This document shows positions 37,418-51,500 of a stretch of 64,000 nt of DNA, in pieces; the first letter of the stretch is position 1, and every line of letters starts with the position of its first letter. The stretch is from Lophium mytilinum (Eukaryota). The notes beneath the pieces are model-generated. The model had not been told where the DNA came from. It did not search any database and saw only the letters and a program-made list of their open reading frames with translations. The stretch spans positions 251,673-315,672 of the forward strand of contig MU004188.1 of NCBI GenBank assembly GCA_010093605.1. The letters are read 5' to 3'. Made by a program: the position numbers and the translations under genes.

Positions 37418-39915
37418 ATGGAGGCTGAAATCAGGGCCCAAATCCCTAATATCGACCCTATCCTGTCAGACTATTCCGTCGGCTACCTGACCCATGCCTC
37501 CAACTCCTTCCTCTCTGATGCAGACCCTAACGCGCCCTCGCCACTAGCTGAGGCCGCCTCCACCATCTCCGCCATCCTACTGTCCGCATCCGGAGATCTG
37601 TCAAAAGAGAATGAAGTGACCATCCAGGGCCTGGTGGACAAGTTCATCTCACGCCTGAGCGCCACTAATGGCGCCAACGGCGAGAAGAGGCAGATGGCCC
37701 CGTCGGCGAAGAGGCTTGACCAGGCCATCCACGTGGGCTCCTCCCGCAACATCTCCTCCACGCTGGGCCTGACCGGCGGCGGCGTGGACCTCGAGTCTGC
37801 CAATGCCAAAAAGGTAGAGTCGCGGGTTGACCGCAAGAAGCTGGAGAAGGCCGAGCGGAAAATCCGCGCCAAGCAGGACAAGAAGGAGATGAAAAATGTC
37901 GAATATGAGGCTTCCCGCCTGCTCAACATCCCCGATGAGACCCAGTCCTACGAGGAGTTCTTCATGCTGGTCAACCCGCTGCAACTCGGCGCGGACTCGC
38001 AGACCAAGAGCAAGGACGTCAAGATTGACGGCATCGATCTCTCGATTGGCGGTCTGCGAATTTTGAATGACACCAACCTTACTCTGGCGTATGGCCGCAG
38101 GTATGGTCTCGTAGGTCAGAACGGTATTGGTAAATCTACGCTACTCCGCGCTCTCAGCCGCAGAGAGGTCGCAATCCCCACTCACATATCAATTCTGCAC
38201 GTTGAACAGGAGGTTGGTAGCGTTCGCCCACGTTGCACGCATTGCACACTAACATGATATCAGATCACTGGTGATGACACCCCAGCTTTGCAAGCGGTCC
38301 TCGATGCCGATGTTTGGCGGAAGCATCTGCTCAAGGAGCAAGACGTAAGACTCTTCCACTCGTAGTGTGGATATATCTAATGAATCAGAAAATCACACGC
38401 GAGCTTTCTGAACTCGAGGCGGAACGGGCCACCATGGCCGACACAGCAGCAGAAGCCGCTAAGCTAGACCATCAAAGAGAGGGGCTAGATATCACTCTGA
38501 GTGATATCCACTCTAAGCTCTCTGAGATGGAGTCCGACAAGGCAGAGCCTCGTGCGGCAAGTATCCTGGCCGGTCTGGGTTTCTCACCGGAGAGGCAGCA
38601 ATTTGCTACAAAGACCTTCTCGGGTGGTTGGAGAATGCGATTGGCATTAGCCAGAGCCCTCTTCTGCGAGCCCGATCTACTATTGCTCGACGGTAGGTTT
38701 GCTCTTCCAGATCCTTAAGGAAGTAACTAACATCGTACCAGAACCGTCCAACATGTTGGACGTCCCCTCCATCACCTTCTTGTCTAATTACCTGCAAACT
38801 TACCCCAGCACTGTACTTGTAGTATCTCACGACCGAGCATTCTTAAACGAAGTTGCTACTGATATCATTCACCAACACTCCGAGCGATTAGATTACTACA
38901 AGGGCGCTAACTTTGGTACGCCACCTCCCCTACCGATATTTCTCAACGCTAACATTATCAGACATGTTCTATGCTACCAAAGAGGAACGTCGTAAGACGG
39001 CCGTGCGGGAATATGAGAACCAAATGGCCCAGCGTGCCCATCTTCAAGGTACGTGCTGCCAGAATAGCTCATGCACGTTGCTAATTTTGTCTAGCTTTCA
39101 TTGACAAGTTCCGCTACAATGCTGCCAAGTCGTCTGAAGCCCAATCCAGGATTAAGAAGCTGGAGAAGATGCCAGTATTGGACAAACCAGAGAACGAGTA
39201 CACGGTACACTTCAAGTTCCCCGAAGTTGAGAAGCTGTCTCCTCCTATCATCCAGATGAGCGGTGTGACGTTTGGATACACTCCTGGGAATGTCCTGCTT
39301 AAGAATGTCGATCTCGACGTTCAGCTTGACTCGCGTATTGGTATAGTAGGACCCAACGGCGCAGGTAAAACGACGGCGCTCAAGCTGCTTATCGGCGCTC
39401 TGGCGCCCAGCACGGGCTTGATCTCGCAGAATCCTCGCCTCAGACTGGGATTCTTCGCGCAGCACCACGTCGACGCGCTGGACCTGAACGCCAGCGCCGT
39501 CGGGTTTATGGCGGCTAAGTTCCCGGGCAAGTCGGACGAAGAGTACCGGCGACATCTCGGGGCGTTCGGTATCACGGGCATGACGGGGCTGCAGAAGATG
39601 GAGCTGTTGTCTGGAGGGCAGAAGTCACGTGTGGCGTTTGCCTGTCTCTCACTCACGAACCCGCACATCCTCGTGCTGGACGAGCCGTCGAATCACCTGG
39701 ACATCGAGGCGATGGACGCCTTGTCAGACGCGCTGAACGCCTTCCAAGGCGGTGTGCTGATGGTCAGTCACGACGTAACCATGCTGCAGAACGTCTGTAC
39801 CAGTTTGTGGGTATGTGACCACGGGACTATCGAGCACTTTGACGGGACGGTGAAGGACTACAAGCGCCGCATCACGGCGCAGGCAAACGAGGCTGGTGTG
39901 GTGCAGGCGCACTGA
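37418..39915 (+). CDS. GCN20: ABC-F protein Gcn20 (ABCF3), Gcn2 activator; 6 exons
   Basis: Two ABC domains (GQNGIGKST, FSGGWRMR, GPNGAGKTT, LSGGQKSR), no TM segments; N-terminal IDPILSDYSVGYL. Confidence 0.94.
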
Positions 39916-40724
39916 GCGCGCGTAGAAAATAAGTAGATGAAACGGCAAAGAGTATGGCTGCACTGATTCGCTCCGCATTTGAGTGAATGTCCTTGTGTGA
40001 TTAGCTCGCATATCGGGCGGCAGTGACGCTCTACGCCCCATGCCCTTGGCGGCACGAGCCAGCCGGGAAGAGCGTCTGGGACAGCCTTCTTGTTGACCTC
40101 CTCCAGCTCGCGACATCATTCAAGACCACCACCGCCCGCGCCAACACCATTCCGTACAGCTCTGCTCCCGCTGCCTCCTCCGCTTTCAATGCTGCGTGGC
40201 CCCCGCTGAGGCCGCCGACCCTGCCAATTGACCGCCAGGAGCACTTCGCCCCTGCATCGCGACCACCACCTCACGTTCACCGCACAACCGTCATCTTGTC
40301 GCAGCCAAACTCCCGCGACGGCTTGTCCGTACCCGTCACTCCTTTAAGTTCTCGTCCAGCGTCCCGCGACTGCGATTCTGCGCGCCCGCCATACTCGGTC
40401 GATCCTCCCGCCACCGAACATACCGCGCTGACCACCGCCGGCGAATCACCCTATCCCCCTCCCTTCTCATCCCTCTATTTCCCTACCGAAGGCGCCGCCC
40501 ACGATCCCAACAAGCCTTTTGTTACCAGCGGTGCCAGCGAGTCTCTCCCGGCCTTCACTCCTGCTCCGCCCTTCACCGAGTCATCGTCTTCAGCTGCCGC
40601 TGCCGCTGTCAAAGCTGCGCTTCCCCGCGACACCAAGGATAGTTCCAGCCGCGACCTCGACGACGGAGAGCCTCCTCCACCGTACAGCGAAGGATCAAGC
40701 CCACTCGACTCGTTCACCTACGTT

Positions 40725-42000
40725 ATGGCGTCCACAGGGGGCCCCGCGAGTATTATAACTCAAGTGTCGCAAGGAGGCGGACCGCCAATAAACACGCTTG
40801 GAGGTAGGGCAAGCACAAATGAATATTGGAACCATAGCTGACGAACTCATAGGCGGATCTGACGAGAACATCACCTTGGAACTACGGTAGGAACCACTGC
40901 CACATTCCTCGTTGAATAATACTAAATCAGCCAGTGGAACGCGGTTCACTCTCTCTCGGGATGAACTCCTCACCCTCCCCGAATTCGTGCTTCTCTCACT
41001 CTTCCCGAATGGTCTCTTACCAGATGGGCACATGAATTCATATCATGATGGCGATGTGTACCCGGTAGATGTTGGTACTTCCAATTCTAGTCCCGATCCT
41101 ACTCCTCCCCAATCTCGCCCCAACTCCATCCACATGATCCTCAAGCACCTCTCCAATCCCGCATTATATCTATCTGACAACATATACTCTTCCCAGTACG
41201 ATCCAAACTCGCTGCAGTACATGCTCGAATTCTTCCGGCACGTTGCACAAACTATCCCCACCTCACCCCCTTCCCCCTCCACTCTCGCCGGCACCACGCT
41301 CGGCAGCTCCGAAAACCACGCTGAAGCAGTCCCTATCGAGCCTATGCATGGGTCGGCACGCGACATGCTCCAAGACCGCGCTGGCATTATTGTGTTGCGG
41401 GAAGATTTGGACTTCTACGCGATCCCGCCACGACGAGACATCGAGCAGACGGAGATGATTGAAGTCAAGCGTGCCGCTGGCAAGGCATTGCTGAAGCAAG
41501 ACGGCATCTTCTCTGGGCTTCGAAAGAGCGAGGAGCCGGGAACCACAGAGCAGCATCTCATCGAGATGTTGACCGCTGGGTATGTTTCACCGAATACAAA
41601 ATCTCACTAGTGAGCGTAACATGAGCTAATCTCATACTTCTAGCGGTTTCAACCACGACGATAGATGGGGCCACCGCGCAGGCGAGCCCAACAAAGCCGT
41701 CATCTGCAGCATCGCGCTCGCCCGTCTCCGGACAGACATCAAAGGCAACGACCTATCTAATAGCAACGCCGTGGGCATGGCGCAGAAGCTGCTCCTCTTC
41801 TGGCGGAAACCCGCGAGGCGGTGCTGGTGGGAGGGCGTCGAGCTGAACGACGTCGAGGGCGTGGACGGCCCGCTGAAGGTGTGGATCCGGAGGGTCTGGA
41901 CGCTGGAGATGGTATGCAACGATAACCCTCACCCCTTCACATCTAAGAAACATCAAAACTAACGCGGCAGTGTTGACAGAGCGTCATTGGGCTACGCTAA
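40725..42000 (+). CDS. WHI2: Whi2-like BTB/KCTD growth regulator (AUG-initiated form; probable upstream non-AUG extension from 40296); 6 exons
   Basis: ITLELR|GTRFTLSRDELLTLPEFVLLSLFPNG, IIVLREDLDFY, EQHLIEML, QKLLLFWRKPARRCWW, KVWIRRVWTLEM|SVIGLR*. Confidence 0.9.
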
Positions 42001-43773
42001 TAGCCCACCCCCGACGGGTCCTCTCAAAACCATCAATTTTTCTTTCTTTCTTTTGTAAAAGGCTATGGGTATCTTTCTATACAAGCAAGCTTCGAATTCG
42101 ACCGATGCGGTCGAGAGCTGAGGCAGTCTATACCATTTCCCTCCACTAGTCCTCCCTTGTTTTACATGTTTTCAAAGTATTCTGTGTGTCATCCATCCTA
42201 AATTACTTTCTTGGTCTAGCTTAGCACGGGGGGGTTTCAGTAAATGCTTGTTTTTTTCCGGAGATTAAATCGACATTTCCCATGTTGGGTTTTTGATGGG
42301 TCCTGCTTCTTGGGTTCACTTAAAAGATGGGTCGCTGGCTTTGTTGTTGTGTTGTGGCTACGAGTCATTCAAAGGAATCTGGGTTTTGGCAGGATGGCTA
42401 AGGTTTGATATCTTCGGGGTTGCAGAGACGGGTGAGGTGGTGGGGTCTGCATGGCATCGAGCGAGAACGCGCGGTAGGATAGTTTTTAGTATGTATGGGT
42501 GAGTGGGTGAGTGTGTGGGTCAGTAGGTATTGTTAGTGTGCGCTACTGGGTAGGAAGAATGGCAGGGGTGGAGAAGTATATAATGTAGATTGGAATGGAG
42601 CGTGTAGACTGTATACCCATCCTATCCTTTGAGGTCAAACTGATTGTGACGGTGCTAGTACTTCCAGCGTTCTCCTACCGCCGCCGCAGCAGTAGCGTCT
42701 GAGGAAGTAAGGGCGTGCAGCGACTTCTACGGTGGCACAAGTACTCGTTACAGCGCGTTGTGGACACAGCGCGCGCATTGCACATGTGAGGTATATTCTA
42801 TTCTCTACTTCGTTTAGATGTCGTGTACATCTGGGGTGGGCCTGATGCCAGCTGTCATGGCACCCTGCGAGCAGCTCGCCTGGCGGCGGTGTTTGATAAG
42901 GGCGGCTGGGGGGTCCGTCGGCTTGATGAGAGGGTTACGCGCTTGTACGAGGATGCTGGGGCGTGCGGGATATGATGGCGCTATGAGGCATTTTTTTGGG
43001 AAGGGAAGTTGGCGACCGATGGGATTTGGGGAGTCTCGATGGCTGGAAGAGGGGGGATTGAGGGGGTGAGGAGAATGATGGTATTTTGGAGATCTGGGGT
43101 ATGGAAGTCGTGCGTTGTTTCGGGTTGTGGGAAGAGAGTGGATCGCGGAGTTTGACTGATGAAAGGACGGTTTGGCTGCGGAAGCATCCCGGACACATTT
43201 TCAATCATTCTGAGCAAATGATTCGTGTGGTCGGACGGTTTTATGATGGTACCTGACTAGTGTCTTATAGATATACGTATAGAGAGTACAAATACTCCCC
43301 GAATTGCTTCAAGTTCGTGAACATAGCTCGGCGATTTTGGAACTGATTGCAGCCAAGAAATCCGGACTGAACTCTACCAGAGTTAGGAGCATAGAGAAGG
43401 ATATGTCTTAGTAAGGATGGTTGCAGCTGTCCGATCGGATTTCGGTGCTGACGTCTGACAGTTTGGCGGAAAGGTGACAGGCCCAATTGAGGTTGATCCA
43501 AAGACAAGAATTGAGAGAGAAACCGCTGGCAATTGAGAATTCCTGATGAGAGGTAAGAGGAAGAAAGAAATTGCGAAGAGAAACGAAGCTGAGTTGTAAT
43601 TACTATGGTGTTGAGACCTCGGCGGAGGATTGGCAGTCCACGGGGGCGATTTCTTCGGGGTCGTTGGTGGGACCGTCTGGTGGAAAATTTGGCGGGGTCT
43701 AAATCTACAAAAAGCCGGACAAGCCCTTCAATACATTTCACCCTCATCTTCTCCACTCCTCCGACTCCTTTAA

Positions 43774-45385
<1,612 letters not shown>

Positions 45386-46161
45386 TTTCTCCTTTTCTTT
45401 CGAGCATGTGTGAATGTTTCAACACGAGGTCATGAACTGGGAATGATATCCAAAAGTTTATAATTGTCTTCAACGGCATTTTCTCATCCTACCAAGGGGG
45501 TGCATAAACCGTCTTTTCTTCACAAAAGATGGGTGGGGTTTTGGGTGTTTTCCTGGGAGCGGGTTTCTGGCGTTGCATCCCTAGCGGCCTTTCAACCATG
45601 GCCGTGTAGATGAGATGATCCTATTTTCTTCAAAGACTTGAAGCGCAGATGGGATGGTGAGAGGCGAGTTGGTGACGAGACGGTCGTAAAGAATTATATA
45701 GCAAGGGCTTGTGAGGCAGGTCTGGTGGAGATGAATAGAGCTGGGTCTTGTGCCCGTAATACCTCTACTTTTGTGCTCTTGGAGAGCTGTCCTTGTGAAC
45801 TAAGAGTATATGGTCTGGCGTGACCTTGTGACATTGAAATTCCTGTGTTCTTGAAGAATGCTCCGATCTTTGAAATTTATATTGTCTCGTGCTTCGAAAT
45901 CCACCGGACCAATTCTTGTAAGGAATGTATGTTGGGACTTGGAAAACCTATCTTCTCTGACAATTACGTCTACATACATGAGATGTTTTTTCGCAGAATA
46001 GACGGCCCTGACGCAGTTGGAGGAAATATGCGCCTTTCCCTATTCAGAGCTAGCGGCTGGGCGCCCTCTAAGCGAAAATCGCCCACCATGAGACTTCGAC
46101 GAACTTTACGATTTGGCCTAACTCCCCTCTACACCAGACCGTCCCGCCACACACGTCCAAG

Positions 46162-47052
46162 ATGAGGTACATCCAGTCGGAAGAGCTGCTGGACATTCCA
46201 GAGGGTGGTAAGTTCTGGCGACACCGAAGTGAGGGGCGATTGGACAAGGCGCTGACCATGAATATAGTCAAGATCGGTATCAAGCGGAGGATCGTAACTG
46301 TCGAGGGACCACGAGGTACGGCCTATCCAATTCGCACACTGGAGGACGGGATTCACTGTTGTCGATATTGGGACATACGTTGGAATGCCTGGATGAGAAA
46401 TTGCGGCTAATCTTGGATTTTCGAATTGGCACAGGCAAACTCACAAAGGACCTCTCCCACCTCAGCGTTTCCTTCAGCAAAGTCGCCTCCCTACCCAACA
46501 CGATCAAAATCGAGCTGTTCCATGGCGTGCGCAAATCGGTGGCCTCGCTGCGCACCGTCCGCACCCTGATCAACAACCTCATCATCGGCGTCACCAAGGG
46601 CTACCTGTACAAGATGCGCTACGTCTACGCCCATTTCCCCATCAACGTCAACGTTGAGAAGAAGGACGACGGCATCACCGAGGTGGAGATCCGCAACTTT
46701 ATCGGCGAGAAGATCACCCGGCGGGTGCGCATGCACGAGGGCGTTGATGTCGCCATGAGCGCCAATGTCAAGGATCAGCTGGAGCTGAGCGGGAACAGCT
46801 TGGACAATGTCAGCCAGAGTGCGGCGAGCATTCAGCAGATTTGCAAGGTGCGGAATAAGGAGTGAGTTGGCCATTTTCCTCCACTTATACTCTGCACGTT
46901 ACCTTGTCGGGATACCTCGCACAGAGAGCTCGCTTTTTGGGATATCGCAGTCAACGGATTGAACGGCTTGCTAACAAATCGTTCTCCCTAGTATTCGAAA
47001 GTTCTTGGACGGTCTCTACGTGTCAGAGAGGGGCAACATCGTCCAGGACTGA
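46162..47052 (+). CDS. RPL9: 60S ribosomal protein L9 (uL6), 4 exons
   Basis: VTVEGPRG, GVTKGYLYKMRYVYAHFPIN, EIRNFIGEK, KDIRKFLDGLYVS. Confidence 0.97.
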
Positions 47053-48006
47053 GCGGGATCCTTCCTAATCACCGTGCATGCATTGTTTTGGGGGACCTAG
47101 CTTTTCCTTTTGCGTTGGCGATAGGCGGGGTTCGAAAATACAAACTTCACACCAATCCAAGGGAGTCGATGTTCTCACAAAAATGCGGACAAGCTGAACG
47201 ATTCAAGGCGGCTACGCTTCAACTGCTGTATTCTAGCTACCGACGTGAAGATAGCTGGATCGGAATTATACCTCGTCTAACCCACATGACAGATGTTGGA
47301 TGGTGCTCGAGTGGAATGTATTGCTGTGGTTCGACATTACTAACCTGGAGTTCTTGAAGGGGGGATTAGCAGTGTCTTCATGAATGCGTAAGGCCTAAGC
47401 CATGTATATTCCGATCCGTCAATCAACTCGCCCAAATGTACCTGAAGTATGTGTATCTCAGTTCTATTTCATCTGGGATACTGATGCTTAACCTATCATT
47501 ATAGAGACTGGAGAACAGTTACCCCCTAGTTGACTCCCTTCCTCCCTCTTTGCAAAAGTCACGTGCTCATCACCTTTCTCTCCCACTTCCCAACCTCCAC
47601 CAACTATAAAATCCTCTTTCTCTCCCCCAACTTCACAGCAAAACAAAGAGGGAGCTCATTGGGTTGATAGATTCCTCGAAACCTTCCCACCGGTTCAGTG
47701 GATCCACAGGGTGGAGGGAAACTTTCAATGGAGTATGCAAATTGGGCAAAGGCGACTCATGGTCTCGTGGAAGGGCATCAAAATCAAAGAGCGTTCGAAC
47801 CCCATTGGAAGGAGTGAAAGAAGACTATAAGAAGCGCAATAGTGGGATCAAAGCTGGGCGAGATGGCCGTTTAGGAAGACTTGATGATGAGCCGCTACAA
47901 CGGGTGGAGCTGGTGGAGATATCAAAAGGAAAGAATGGTAAGTATCAAGTTTATATGGTGATGCGGAGCATTAAGAGAGCGCAAATTTCTTGATATGGAG
48001 GCGAGA

Positions 48007-48249
48007 TTGTTGATTGCAGGCCGTAGCGTCTGATATCAGGTGGAAGGCTAGCTAACATACAAGAATGGACCCAAGTTTGCTACCGTGATTGCTTGCTGTG
48101 GTGATTGTCCTAATCCAACAGAGATACCCCGAACTTGTTGAATACAGGCCGTAGCATTTGATATTGGGCTGAAGACGAGCTAACATACAGGATTTCACCC
48201 AAGATTGCTACCAGCAGTGATTGTTGTAGGTGATTGTCATATTCCAACA
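48007..48249. repeat. Imperfect tandem duplication, period ~128 bp
   Basis: caggccgtagc...agctaacataca...cccaag.ttgctacc...ggtgattgtc..tccaaca at 48007-48120 and 48135-48249. Confidence 0.85.
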
Positions 48250-48917
48250 TCATTTTCTCCTGATGTTTTCCTTGCGTCTGATTCCCCATACGTTCATGAC
48301 TTTTTAATTACCATGGATTGTCTTCACAGGAGAACGGGCCCCCGAGTAGTGTTTGGTTGTTGAGCTTGCGGCACGATGTTGCTCCAATGGGGCTAACATA
48401 ACGACATATCAGTCTCCTCCTTCTCGTTGGCAACAATCTGACTGGAACATTCTTATCATTTGAGCCCTAGCATAATAACGGCACCAAGGAATGATGAAAC
48501 CCGTGGCTGCAGAAATGAGTTCACTATTCTAGAATACAGTGCCCTCTTAGGGATAATAACGGTTTGCATTGTTTCAGCATAGATCTCTCGTAACTCCCTA
48601 TTTACAGTCTTATAGACTTCTCCCCTCTTTAATCAACCTGACCTCAAAGAAATCATGTTTTTGTTGCTAGATCCCTCTTGAATGGGTATTAAAAAGGGTA
48701 CTTTCAAAGAGTACGACACACTGAGCCAAATGGTGACTATATCAAAGACGACACTATGCACGCAATTGCTGAGGCTAATAAGTTACATGTCCGCATACCA
48801 GTATTCGGAACATTGCTAGGATTTGACCTCATGCTTGCTATGAGTTCAGGTATGGTTGTCCCCATCGAAAAGCTATGAGCTATCTAACCGTCAAGGTCAT
48901 TAACAGTCTTCAGCCTC

Positions 48918-50643
48918 TCACACCCTCAAATCGACAACCTTAACCATAATAACCGACTTCTCCCAAACCATAAAAGTCTTCTTATACTTCATGCCTCCCT
49001 CCGGATTCCACAACGGTGCGCCATCAACAGAAACAACATCGAAATTCCAGAACAGCCTAGCAAGCATTATCCGCATTTCCATATAAGCCAGACCTTTCCC
49101 AATGCAATTCCGCGGACCCAAGGAAAATGGCGCTGCCGCCTTCTTCACGTCACTGTCGTAGGCCGTACCGATCCACCGCTCCGGTACAAATTCATCCGGA
49201 TTCCTGAAGTTGGCTGGATCGTGGCACGCAGACCACTGTCCCACAGACACCGTCGTGCCTCCCGGAACCCAAAAGCCATCTATGGTATCTCCGCCAGGCG
49301 GAACTGAACGCGGGGGTCCTGCAGGCACAGGCGGATGGATGCGCAGCGTTTCCTCAATACAAGCATTCAGGTACGGAAGGTCGAACACCGCTTTGAACGT
49401 GATAGCATCCTCAGTACTAAACGCCTCGCGAATCTCTGTCGTCAATTTCTCGTAGCAGGATGGTTTCCAGATCAAGCGAGCGATAAGACCGGATAACGCA
49501 GTTCCTGTGGTCTCGCTACCAGCGACGATGAACAGGCCCGAGTTCGCGATGATCTCGTCCTGCTTCAGGGGAAACTTTTCTTGCTGCCGGAGGATATACC
49601 AAATGAAATCGCGGTGGTCGACTTCCTTCGCCTCGAGCCGCTTCAGGACTTTCTCGCGCGTGTGCTCGACGTGATACGCGTTTGCTTTCCCCATGCCTTT
49701 GATCCGGCTCTGTAAGAACGCTTGGAGCCACGTCCCAGTGCCTGCAATGCGCCTCGTCGCTTGTATCATCATGCCGTCCTTGACCGTTTGGAAAAGCATG
49801 TGCACCCATTCCTGATACTCCCCTCTGTCTAAGCACCCGAAGCTCTGTCCGAAGGCCAGGTCTCCCATGGTGTCGAAGGTGAAGTAATTGAACCAGTCGC
49901 AAATGTTAAAAGTCTCCTCCTTCCTTGCGAGTTTCCGCATGTTAGACACTACCTTGCTCATGTAGTCTTGCACAATCGGCTCCTGGTCCATCAGCGCCTG
50001 CTGCGAAAACGAGTGGCTCAGTGCACGCCGCTGGCGTCCGTGGTCGGCGTCGTCGGGGACATACTGGAGTGTTGTTGTGCTGCCGACTTTCACGGGTCCG
50101 GTGTGGAGCGGTGATTTCTTCATGTTTTGGTGGCCTTGGCGGAAGCCATAGACGTCGTGCATGGACTGGGCCGAGCTGAAAGTAAGCTCGTTGGGGCCAA
50201 GGCGGAAGACGGGGCCATATTTCTCATGATAGCTCTTGTTGTCGAAAGGAAAGCGGCCCCGGAGGAGGGACTTAAGGTGGCAATAAAGTTAGCAAATCTT
50301 TCAGAACCAGAATGAGGAAAACGATATCGACTTCTTGAAACAATCGTTGCGTGAGACACTTCTTCGATGGATTCCAAGACACCACTATGGTTGTCTCGGA
50401 ATACTTCCTGAGTAGTTTTTCAACCAAACAAATTGCTAGGAAACTTTTTCTCTGTATCGGGGGCTTACGTACGAATGCTGCCGGAAGGCCGGAGACCGAG
50501 TTCCAAAACGGGCCTGGATATTTCGCGAGAGGGTGGAAATAGCGTCTGTAGACAATGAAACCAAAGAGATAAAGTGCAAGAATGCTAGCTACTGCAGTTT
50601 TGATGTGGGGTATACGCCCTGACTCATTCGAAAGGAGAGCCAT
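48918..50643 (-). CDS. Cytochrome P450 monooxygenase (Tri11/CYP65-like); single 202-nt intron 50472-50271
   Basis: TM anchor, HPLAKYPGP, AGSETT, EETLR, PERW, FSLGPRNCIG heme motif. Confidence 0.93.
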
Positions 50644-51146
50644 GCTTGAAGGATTTTGGCATCTGAATATGGTTGGCCACCAGTAGCTTTATCGAAAATC
50701 CAAAGCAAGGCCTTAAACTTGAGCTAGAACCAGAAGTGCGTAAGTGTATTGCGGGGAACCCGTGCTGTGAACTTGTCCGGGGAAGCATACCCGCAGCGGT
50801 TGCACTAATCCCGACATGTCAACTTTCGCCCACCTGCCACACCTCTGCACCTGATTTTGGTGATAAAGCAGAGGCTATGCAATGCTACTTAGAGCTGACA
50901 TTTCTCCGATAGACTGCTGTAAGCTTTCAGACTACAGCAAACGTACACAAACTTCTCCCTTTGGCAATCCAAGATTCCTGGATACATGTTGAGGTCTCGA
51001 CGGCGCCTATGGGCTGGCCGCTGTACCTGTGTGGACTGGAGCCCTTATCTAATTACGATACCATTCTGGTCTCTGCTCGTTTCACCGGTTGGCGGTATCC
51101 GGCCATGACCTCCGGCATCACTTTCAATGTTTTCACTAGGAAGATG

Positions 51147-51500
51147 TCACCAGCGCTTCGCTAGTTGACCATACATAGGCCAATGTGGGGCCGTGACCTC
51201 TCCCATGTCCCCAAGCTCTTGATAGGCAAAACCCAAGTTGAAGTAGCGGAGCCGCAAGACCTTTTTGTGATGCTCGAGTGGGCGGAGAAAGTCCATTTTC
51301 AAGCTCTTAAAGAGCATGTCTAAAACTGTTTCCACGTTTATACCGCATCCTACCATTGACAATGCGGCATTGCCGAGGACAGTTGTGGCCTTGGAGTCAA
51401 AGAACCAGTTGACGTGCGACCAGAAGTATTTGCCGAGAAGGCGGTGGAATCCATATCTGAGGGACATTGAGGTAGAAAGACTTAGGTACCGAAACCCAGA
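51147..51500 (-). pseudogene. Possible TPR-containing gene fragment
   Basis: LRYFNLGFAYQELGDM resembles a TPR helix; no coherent full gene seen. Confidence 0.25.

Noticed and set aside
50463..50472. Stwintron at the nested donors GTAC-GTAAGC
   Set aside because: No internal branch/acceptor regenerates a good external donor; the GTACGT donor alone gives the correct phase
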